Assembly (NCBI GenBank): GCA_965658595.1
Contig: CBFHSW010000070.1
Coordinates: forward strand, 1 to 46,650
Length of the DNA stretch: 46,650 bases
Direction of reading: 5' to 3'
Origin: Gammaproteobacteria bacterium
GTDB taxonomy: Bacteria; Pseudomonadota; Gammaproteobacteria; UBA4575
Positions 38,104 through 45,726 of the stretch are shown one piece after another. Below the pieces are notes generated by a model that was given only the letters and a program-made list of their open reading frames with translations, did no database searches and was not told the origin of the DNA. The first letter of the stretch is position 1. Every line of letters starts with the position of its first letter. The position numbers and the translations under genes are program-made.

Positions 38104-39021
38104 ATGGCTATCCAGCAACAAACAAGTTCTCTCTCTGTGCAGCAACTCAGAGCATTGGGTTTAAAACACGACCCCTTCTCATCACAAGTCGATGCAGATT
38201 CTCTCTACACAGACAGTCATCTTGAGATGATAGTGAATGTTATCCTGCAATCTCTTAAAGGAAACAATCAATCAATTGTGTTACTTGCTGAACGCGGCTT
38301 GGGAAAAACCACTCTTCTACGCAAAATATTACAACTCACCTATTCAGAATTTAAATCTTGCGCAATTCGTGCTACCGATACTCTTAGCTTTGAGGATGTA
38401 TGTGAGAAATTAAAAACCAAATGGAACGTGGGTGAGTCTTCATCCTCGGCATTAAACCTGAGCATTGAAAACCATCTCATCTGTTATTTAGAGCATCATC
38501 CCAAGTGTTGCTTGATTATTGATGATGCACATAGCATAGACATGGCCTGTCTTACCCAACTGTTTAACCTCAAAAGCCGACTTGATCAAACTCATCCGCA
38601 TTCGCTATTTTTTATTTTTGCGGGTGAAGCAGGCTTGAAACTGAAAATGATTCATTTGGATGAAAACACTGATTGTGACTGTGATCATTATCAAATTAAT
38701 GTGCGCCCGTTAAATCGCCAACAAACCACAGATTACATACAATATCGTATTAATCGTTGCATGATAGAACCTGAGACTTCTGCACAGACCATACTAGACT
38801 CAAGCCTCTGCGATGAAATCTATGCAAAGTCACAGGGTAATTTTGACCAAATACATGCATTAGGTACGGTCTCTTTAAAGCAACGTTTTGAACAACCAAA
38901 CTCATATTCCACATACGACTCACGAGCTCTGACGCAATACTTCTCAAAAAGACTGATTATTGTCCTAGCGCTATTAGTCACCTCTCTGTTGCTTTTATTT
39001 TCACCCTTCGTAAATTTTTAA
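38104..39021 (+). CDS. ExeA/GspA/MshM-like AAA ATPase ending in a single TM helix
   Basis: LGLKHDPF...DSLYTDSHLE leader, Walker A AERGLGKTT, Walker B CCLIIDDAH, and a C-terminal hydrophobic helix LIIVLALLVTSLLLLFSPF followed within 4 aa by the stop. Confidence 0.6.
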   Translation: MAIQQQTSSLSVQQLRALGLKHDPFSSQVDADSLYTDSHLEMIVNVILQSLKGNNQSIVLLAERGLGKTTLLRKILQLTYSEFKSCAIRATDTLSFEDVCEKLKTKWNVGESSSSALNLSIENHLICYLEHHPKCCLIIDDAHSIDMACLTQLFNLKSRLDQTHPHSLFFIFAGEAGLKLKMIHLDENTDCDCDHYQINVRPLNRQQTTDYIQYRINRCMIEPETSAQTILDSSLCDEIYAKSQGNFDQIHALGTVSLKQRFEQPNSYSTYDSRALTQYFSKRLIIVLALLVTSLLLLFSPFVNF

Positions 39022-39103
39022 CCAGCCTGCTGACACACCTATTGACAAGACAAACGCATCCAGTAGCCTCTACTAACATTACATAACACCTTAGCGATTG
39101 ACT

Positions 39104-40771
39104 ATGGCGGGTAAAATCCCACAAACCTTCATTGATCAAGTTGTCAACCAAACAGATATTGTTGATCTCATTGATAGCTACATCGATCTGAAGCCTAAAG
39201 GCAAAGAATATACGGCCTGCTGCCCATTCCATGGAGAAAAAACACCTTCATTCACGGTCAACCGAGAAAAGCAGTTTTATCACTGTTTTGGTTGCGGAGC
39301 GCATGGTACCGCCATAGGCTTTTTGATGGAGCACGAAGGTTTAGAATTTGTTGAAACCATAGAAGTACTCGCTCAACGTCTAGGGTTGGAAGTCAGCTAT
39401 GAAAAAGGCAGTCAAAAAAATGAGGGTTTATCCGACTTATATGCGGCACTAGAAAAGGCCAGTCATTATTATCAGCAACAACTCAGAAAACAACCTGAGG
39501 CAATAGACTATCTAAAGTCTCGCGGTATTACGGGTGCTGTTTCACAGCGTTTTAATATCGGTTTTGCACCACCGGGTTTTGACAACCTCAAAAAACACTT
39601 GGACATAAAACCACCCGTATTCATTAAAGCGGGCTTACTCAGTGAGAAATCACCCACCAAAATCTATGACCGCTTTCGTCATCGCATTATGTTTCCCATC
39701 AAAGATCCTCGCGGACGTGTCATTGCATTTGGTGGACGTGAAATTGATGGTAGTATGCCCAAATATATCAATAGCCCTGAGACTGATTTGTTTCATAAAG
39801 GCAGCACTTTATATGGGCTTTATGAAGCACGCCAAGCTTTAGGCAAAATAAAATCGCTGTTAATTGTAGAAGGCTATATGGATGTTGTAGCGCTCGCCCA
39901 ACACGGCGTGGACAACGCTATCGCTACTCTAGGAACTGCGACCACTAGTCAGAATATTCGCAATCTATTGCGTTACACGTCCAGTTTGATTTTTTGTTTT
40001 GATGGTGACCGAGCTGGTAAAGATGCCGCTTGGAAAGCACTGGAACAAATATTGCCAGAGTATAAAGATGGAATAGACATTCGCTTTGCCTTCATGCCAC
40101 AAGGGGAAGATCCTGATTCCTTGATTCGATCTGCAGGACAGCAGGCATTTCAAGGACATCTTGATAAAGCCTTACCCCTATCTGAATACTTTTTCACTAA
40201 ATTATCGGCAGAGGTCGACACTAGTTCGTTAGACGGAAAAGCAAAACTCGCCAATTTGGCTCAACCACTAATCAGCAAAATCCCAAAAATTGTATTCAGA
40301 GACTTAATGCTGAAAGAACTCAATGTGCGTGTAGGCGCCTCTATTTCCGCTCCTCATGCTGGCTCTAACTCAAGTGCGAATTCGTCTCCCTACTCGATCC
40401 CATCTGGTCAGCAAAAACGCACCCCTAAGTACACCAAAACACGCCTGGCAGTAGCATTATTATTGCGAGAACCTCAACTGGCTGAATACGCACTCGATGA
40501 AGAACAATTAAGCCAGCTACAATCTACACCTGGCATACCACTTCTAATTGAGCTATTAAATATTATTCAAATGGAACCAAGCCTCACCTCAAGTGCTCTA
40601 ATAGAGCGTTTTCATGGTCGAGACGAATACCCAATATTAAAGAAGTTGATCATGTGGGAATTGCCAGACATGAACAATCGAGAGCATTCATTTCGACAAA
40701 CTATGCAGCGTTTTCTTGAAGATATCCGTAAAAAAGAATTTGATGATTTAATCAATTCTGACCTAAGTTAG
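39104..40771 (+). CDS. dnaG: DNA primase
   Basis: Zinc-binding CPFHGEKTPSFTV...YHCFGCGAHG, and TOPRIM motifs EGYMDV and FDGDRAG. The ATG at 39104 is preferred over the TTG at 39098. Confidence 0.95.
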   Translation: MAGKIPQTFIDQVVNQTDIVDLIDSYIDLKPKGKEYTACCPFHGEKTPSFTVNREKQFYHCFGCGAHGTAIGFLMEHEGLEFVETIEVLAQRLGLEVSYEKGSQKNEGLSDLYAALEKASHYYQQQLRKQPEAIDYLKSRGITGAVSQRFNIGFAPPGFDNLKKHLDIKPPVFIKAGLLSEKSPTKIYDRFRHRIMFPIKDPRGRVIAFGGREIDGSMPKYINSPETDLFHKGSTLYGLYEARQALGKIKSLLIVEGYMDVVALAQHGVDNAIATLGTATTSQNIRNLLRYTSSLIFCFDGDRAGKDAAWKALEQILPEYKDGIDIRFAFMPQGEDPDSLIRSAGQQAFQGHLDKALPLSEYFFTKLSAEVDTSSLDGKAKLANLAQPLISKIPKIVFRDLMLKELNVRVGASISAPHAGSNSSANSSPYSIPSGQQKRTPKYTKTRLAVALLLREPQLAEYALDEEQLSQLQSTPGIPLLIELLNIIQMEPSLTSSALIERFHGRDEYPILKKLIMWELPDMNNREHSFRQTMQRFLEDIRKKEFDDLINSDLS

Positions 40772-40886
40772 GCTTTTGTCACCTAGTTGCGGGTATTTAT
40801 ACCCTATACATCTCATTTGGTAGGTGTGTGATATGAGAAAAACGATTATAATGAGAGGTTTAACCCAATAATTCATTTATATCTCT

Positions 40887-42725
40887 ATGGAACCAGAATC
40901 TACTAACGAACAACAAAATCAAGGTTACAGCCTTAAGAACTTGATTGCTAAAGGTAAGGAACAGGGTTACCTCACCTATGCCGAGGTGAACGACCACCTG
41001 CCCAATTCAATTGTAGATCCTGAGCAGATCGAAGATATCATCAGCATGATCAACGACATGGGTATAGTCGTGCATGAACAAGCACCTGATGAGCAATCCT
41101 TATTGATGTCTGAAACCGCCGCCACAGATGAAGATGTGGCGGAAGAAGCGGCCGCCGCATTAGCCTCTGTCGATAGTGAATTTGGTAGAACCACCGACCC
41201 CGTACGTATGTATATGCGTGAAATGGGCACCGTCAATTTGTTGACGCGTGAAGGTGAGATTAAAATTGCTAAGCGTATTGAAGAGGGGCTCGCTCAAGTT
41301 TTACTTGCGATAGGCCACTATCCGCGCTCAATTGAACAGTTATTACTTCTATATGCAAAAGTAGAAGGCGAAGAAATGCGCCTCACTGATTTAATCACGG
41401 GATTTATAGATCCAGATGCAGAAGATGAAATTTCCACTCCTACGGTTATCAATCAAGCTGACAGCAACAATCAAGATGATAAAGATGATGACGAAGAAGA
41501 GGAGGAAGTAGACACAGGGCCAGATCCAGAAGAGGCTCGTGAGCACTTTGAAGAACTTGCTGCTTTGTACAAAAAATCACAATCAGCGACGGTACAAAAA
41601 AGTCCCAAGAAATTGCTTGAGGCAAGAACAGCAGTTGCTGAGTACTTCATGCGCTTAAAGCTGAATCAAAAAATTATCGATGCACTAACAGCTAATCTAA
41701 GAACTACCGTCGAAGGCATCCGTAATCATGAACGCTTAATCATGGCGTTATGTGTCAATTACTCAGGTATGCCAAAGAAAAACTTTGTTGAGTCTTTTAC
41801 TGAAAATGCGACCAACAGCGAATGGATAGCTGATGTCATCAAGAAGAAATCAAAATTCTCTGAAGCGCTACTCGAAGTTCAAGAAGAAGTAGTCAAAGAA
41901 CAGAATAAACTAGGCGTGATTCAAACCAACTCTAAACTCACCATTGCTGAGATAAAAGAGATCAATCGCCGCATGTCCATTGGTGAAGCAAAAGCACGCC
42001 GTGCCAAGAAAGAAATGGTGGAAGCTAATTTACGACTGGTGATTTCCATTGCCAAAAAATATACCAATCGCGGACTGCAATTCTTAGACCTTATTCAAGA
42101 GGGTAATATCGGCCTTATGAAGGCTGTGGATAAATTTGAATATCGTCGTGGCTATAAATTCTCAACCTATGCGACATGGTGGATTCGACAAGCGATCACA
42201 CGATCAATCGCTGATCAAGCACGCACTATTCGTATTCCGGTGCACATGATTGAGACTATCAATAAACTTAATCGTATCTCACGTCAGATGTTGCAAGAGA
42301 TGGGACGAGAAGCCACACCTGAAGAATTGGCTGAGCGCATGGAGATGCCTGAGGATAAAGTGCGTAAAGTGCTTAAGATTGCCAAAGAGCCTATCTCTAT
42401 GGAAACGCCCATTGGTGATGATGAAGATTCTCATCTAGGTGACTTTATTGAAGATGCCAATATAGAATCTCCAGTGGAAGCTGCCTCCGGTGTTGGCCTG
42501 AGTGAAGCAACACGTGAAATACTTGCCTCACTGACACCACGAGAAGCAAAAGTATTAAGGATGCGTTTTGGTATTGATATGAATACTGATCATACTCTAG
42601 AAGAAGTTGGCAAACAGTTTGACGTAACACGCGAACGCATACGTCAAATCGAAGCTAAAGCTTTACGTAAACTTCGTCACCCAACTCGTTCAGAGCAGTT
42701 ACGTAGTTTCTTGGAACTGGAATAA
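40887..42725 (+). CDS. rpoD: RNA polymerase sigma-70
   Basis: Acidic region 1, [56 protein letters not shown], and region 4 [28 protein letters not shown]. Confidence 0.97.
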   Translation: MEPESTNEQQNQGYSLKNLIAKGKEQGYLTYAEVNDHLPNSIVDPEQIEDIISMINDMGIVVHEQAPDEQSLLMSETAATDEDVAEEAAAALASVDSEFGRTTDPVRMYMREMGTVNLLTREGEIKIAKRIEEGLAQVLLAIGHYPRSIEQLLLLYAKVEGEEMRLTDLITGFIDPDAEDEISTPTVINQADSNNQDDKDDDEEEEEVDTGPDPEEAREHFEELAALYKKSQSATVQKSPKKLLEARTAVAEYFMRLKLNQKIIDALTANLRTTVEGIRNHERLIMALCVNYSGMPKKNFVESFTENATNSEWIADVIKKKSKFSEALLEVQEEVVKEQNKLGVIQTNSKLTIAEIKEINRRMSIGEAKARRAKKEMVEANLRLVISIAKKYTNRGLQFLDLIQEGNIGLMKAVDKFEYRRGYKFSTYATWWIRQAITRSIADQARTIRIPVHMIETINKLNRISRQMLQEMGREATPEELAERMEMPEDKVRKVLKIAKEPISMETPIGDDEDSHLGDFIEDANIESPVEAASGVGLSEATREILASLTPREAKVLRMRFGIDMNTDHTLEEVGKQFDVTRERIRQIEAKALRKLRHPTRSEQLRSFLELE

Positions 42726-42738
42726 AATTTATCCCCCC

Positions 42739-42769
42739 ATAGCATATTAATACCCTATTAATATGCTAT
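42739..42769 (+). terminator. perfect 14-bp AT-rich hairpin after rpoD (possible terminator or processing element)
   Basis: ATAGCATATTAATA-ccc-TATTAATATGCTAT lies 14 nt after the rpoD stop. It has no clear T-run, so intrinsic terminator function is uncertain. Confidence 0.35.
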
Positions 42770-42808
42770 ATATATGATGAAATAAATAACGCATCAAACA
42801 CACTATTA

Positions 42809-42885
42809 GGGCCTGTAGCTCAGTTGGTTAGAGCAGGGGACTCATAATCCCTTTGTCGTAGGTTCGAGTCCTACCGGGCCCACCA
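42809..42885 (+). tRNA. ileX: tRNA-Ile2 (anticodon CAU, lysidine type); elongator tRNA-Met not fully excluded
   Basis: A 77-nt cloverleaf: acceptor GGGCCTG/CGGGCCC, D arm GCTC/GAGC, anticodon arm GGGGA-CTCATAA-TCCCT, T arm GTAGG-TTCGAGT-CCTAC, and an encoded CCA. C4, C5 and the G27-U43 pair match E. coli ileX rather than metT. ileX also follows rpoD in E. coli. Confidence 0.85.
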
Positions 42886-42961
42886 ATTCATATTCACCGC
42901 ATAATTCTATAGTACTGATTAGCTTAAGTTTTTAACTTGCTGCTATGAGGTATGTTAGACA

Positions 42962-43606
42962 ATGCGGAAGACAATCAGTAATCCACCCTATACTTTTACT
43001 AAGCGCGGCATCTATTACTTCACTCGTTTAGTTCCACTGAACATTCGTCATCACTATAAACAACCAAGAATTGTTTAGTCACTCAGAGCACGCTCAAGGA
43101 AAGACGCAGCAAAACATTCAAAGTCATTCACATACAACTAGATATTTACTGATCAGAACTTAGAATTAATCAGCATGATATCCCCTGCTCTAGCTTTCTA
43201 TTAAGTCAGCTCACTGTGAAGTCACGCGACTCATGGCAAATGCCATATGTTCATACAGCCACATAGGCGCAGACTACATAAAACTAGAAGTTCTGAACGA
43301 GTCATCCCATTGGTGTGCGCATCACTCTGGTCAGCACAAAGAATTAAACAGAATGTTACTGGAGAATATTGTTTTCCACATTACACCAAAAACGATAGAA
43401 CCAATGTTAACAGTGCCAGCGCAGCATTGAATAAGTGGATAAAGGTATTAACTAAGCATAAAGACAATACAATTCACGGTTTGAGGTACGTACTTGATGA
43501 CAGATTACGTGCTGATGACCAAGGCTGTCAGCAGGTGAATCATATTGTGCAGGATAGACTTTATCGAAGTAACAGGAAGGGTTTGCTAGCAATGCTTAAA
43601 TTATAG
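42962..43606 (+). pseudogene. decayed tyrosine site-specific integrase (phage/genomic-island type)
   Basis: N-terminal MRKTISNPPYTFTKRGIYYFTRLVPLNIRHHYKQPRIV has an in-frame TAG at 43076. It continues SLRARSRKDAAK, then shifts frame to QLDIY-TGA(43150)-SELRINQHDIP. The catalytic-domain piece reads LKTRSSERVIPLV...NSASAALNKWIK...HGLRYVLDDRLRA. The total of ~215 codons, against ~400 expected, implies internal deletion. Confidence 0.8.
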
Positions 43607-43683
43607 TACTCTGAGATCACTGAGTGTGTGCCTTTCATGCCACCTAATTATTCTCTAAGATAAACAATAGAGGAGAACAAATT

Positions 43684-43893
43684 ATGAAACTTAATAAAGA
43701 CAACCTACTTGGCTTCAGTAATGGAGCAGCTCTACAAAAACCGATGATTGGTGGTAAAAGCCCACAAATTGAAATTGACGATGATATGCTACAGGTAGAT
43801 TTTCAGGATGATTTAGATTCTGATGAAATGAGTAATATAGCTGATAATACTGGACAAACAGATTCGGACAATTCAGAAATCGCCCAACCCTAA
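43684..43893 (+). CDS. hypothetical small acidic protein (69 aa)
   Basis: GAGGAG lies 8 nt upstream of the ATG. The C-terminal half is very acidic (EIDDDMLQVDFQDDLDSDEMS...DSDNSE). I recognise no family. Confidence 0.45.
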   Translation: MKLNKDNLLGFSNGAALQKPMIGGKSPQIEIDDDMLQVDFQDDLDSDEMSNIADNTGQTDSDNSEIAQP

Positions 43894-43896
43894 GCC

Positions 43897-44058
43897 ATGA
43901 ATACGAGTCAACGTGCACTAGCATGGATAGCTTTATCTGTCATTAATTGGATCGCATTAGTCCCAGTTACGTTTGGTTCAATACAAGATACTGAGGTCAT
44001 TATTTGGTTTGCTATAACTACCTTGTTGGGTTTCTTTCTATTTAGAACAAAGAAATAG
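43897..44058 (+). CDS. hypothetical 53-aa two-TM membrane peptide
   Basis: Hand translation gives MNTSQRALAWIALSVINWIALVPVTFGSIQDTEVIIWFAITTLLGFFLFRTKK*. The ATG is 3 nt after the upstream stop, suggesting coupling. Not in the ORF track. Confidence 0.35.
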   Translation: MNTSQRALAWIALSVINWIALVPVTFGSIQDTEVIIWFAITTLLGFFLFRTKK

Positions 44059-44388
44059 TCATAACCATTGTAACGATCGGACTGTTAAGAATGTTGCTAA
44101 GATGGAACAGACTAGCTTCATGACTTCATCCCAAGTGTTGATAAGATGCATGAAACTGTCTCTTTGCTACAAGCAACGACAGCCGCTATGTCACTAATTC
44201 TTGCCATAAGTTTATTACTATCAGAGTCTATGCATTCTTCGATAGTTCACCTGATTCTCTCTTTTTGAGTGTTCAGTTGTAAGTCTTGGAGAGACTTTTA
44301 TATTTAAGAGCTCTCATATGTTCATACTGTATGACTTTGTGATCTAAGTTATTTTTCTCTACTCTGCCATAAATAAATTTGCAGCTGT

Positions 44389-44949
44389 TTATTCTGCCTC
44401 TGGGCCGATTTCATATATCTCGATATTGGCTTCTTCTATATCACCTGTCACAGCATCTACATCCACTTTAATTTCATAACCGAGTTGTGTCTGAATATCG
44501 AATTCATAGGTTATGGAACCATCAAAACCGACTTCATATTCTGATGACATCACTTTGCCAGGATGAAACATAAGTGCCGTTTTTTCTGCCTCTTTTTTTG
44601 TCACCTTAGCGAACTTTTTAAAGAGTGGATCATCAGCGGTGGTTTCTCGCTCTACCTCTCCAATAAAACCTTCCTCAGCATTACATTCAACATTATAAGT
44701 ATTGCCATCTTTCGCTTCTATATCGAACTCATAAATAGGGTCATCGCCTTCGATTTTCATTTCTAGCTTTCTGGCGTGCCCAGGGATCAAATCAATAGCG
44801 GCATCCAAACACGTTTCCACACTCACTATGTCCCAATCACGCACATCGTCCAAGTCTTGCATATCACTATGTTTATCTGCATGCAGTATTGAAGACGATA
44901 ATAATAATGCGGAAAATCCTGTTCTAACCATAAGTACTTTCATTGCCAT
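44389..44949 (-). CDS. secreted tandem PepSY-domain protein
   Basis: Signal peptide (LLLSSSILHA), then two repeats of the PepSY pattern: ..GHARKLEMKIEGDDPIYEFDIEAKDGNTYNVECNAEEG.. and ..HPGKVMSSEYEVGFDGSITYEFDIQTQLGYEIKVDVDAVTGDI.. Confidence 0.7.
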   Translation of the reverse strand: MAMKVLMVRTGFSALLLSSSILHADKHSDMQDLDDVRDWDIVSVETCLDAAIDLIPGHARKLEMKIEGDDPIYEFDIEAKDGNTYNVECNAEEGFIGEVERETTADDPLFKKFAKVTKKEAEKTALMFHPGKVMSSEYEVGFDGSITYEFDIQTQLGYEIKVDVDAVTGDIEEANIEIYEIGPEAE

Positions 44950-45256
44950 ACATCTCCTTAAAGATTACTCGAATAACATCTGAATAAATAACGCTTCACT
45001 CATGATAATCTAAAACCTCTCAGGAATATTCCATAAATTAATAATTAATTAATATTATTATCTATTTAATCAATAAATATAAGGCTTATAGTGCTTGATC
45101 AGGCGTCTCAGGGTGATCAGACTCGATCGAAAATACCTGCGAGAATATTCTTAGATAATATGGGCAATAAGATGCGTTGCTGATGCTAGATAGACTAGCG
45201 ATATGCGTTGTAGTGACAGCTGATTTTTTACAACCTTAGTGTTTGCAAACTATACT

Positions 45257-45724
45257 TTAGGGCTGAATATTTTCAAGCCAACGTTTCAGTAGTTCTATTG
45301 ATAAGCTACCAGACTTTGCTCGGCGTTGATGCGAAGGTAGATAAAAATATGACTTGGGTAATTCCCCTGCCCAGTTCTCATCTATGCTGTAACGTAATCT
45401 CTCTATATTGGCATTAGAGAATATCCAATTATCTAATGCCATTAAATTATGAGAGGTGAGAATTTTTTCAACTATGGCCAATTCATCTTTACCATCAGTA
45501 TTAATAAGAACAATGTTCTTTAATGCCTGCTGTTTCTGAATGGTCTCTAAATACTCCAACTCTTTTCGACAAGGTGGGCAATCATGTGACCATAAGATTA
45601 ATAAGAATTCATGTCCTTCGTATTGAGTCTGGATATCTTTTAATGAACCAACATCATAATGTTGTATCTCTGCATGAACTGATGATGCCAGTGCAACGAA
45701 TAAAGCTAGAAAAATGTTTTTCAT
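45257..45724 (-). CDS. periplasmic thiol:disulfide oxidoreductase, TlpA/ResA-like thioredoxin fold
   Basis: Signal peptide MKNIFLALFVALASSVHA and the active site LILWSHDCPPCRKE (CxxC). It starts 2 nt after the stop of the upstream BNR gene. Confidence 0.75.
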   Translation of the reverse strand: MKNIFLALFVALASSVHAEIQHYDVGSLKDIQTQYEGHEFLLILWSHDCPPCRKELEYLETIQKQQALKNIVLINTDGKDELAIVEKILTSHNLMALDNWIFSNANIERLRYSIDENWAGELPKSYFYLPSHQRRAKSGSLSIELLKRWLENIQP

Positions 45725-45726
45725 AA

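Noticed and set aside
40772-40886. Possible rpoD promoter (TATAAT at 40847-40852) and small hairpins in the dnaG-rpoD spacer
   Set aside because: There is no acceptable -35 element at 16-18 nt spacing and the hairpins are only 5-6 bp. The evidence is too weak to call.
43233-43606. ORF-track entries of 65 and 119 aa treated as genes
   Set aside because: They are fragments of the decayed integrase: the 119-aa frame carries the IPLV...HGLRY catalytic-domain remnant. They are reported as one pseudogene instead.
44100-44235. Minus-strand HTH-like fragment (..MARISDIAAVVACSKETVSCILSTLGMKS*)
   Set aside because: It is only ~30-40 codons long, preceded by an in-frame stop, and too short to assign. 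It is mentioned only as possible island debris.
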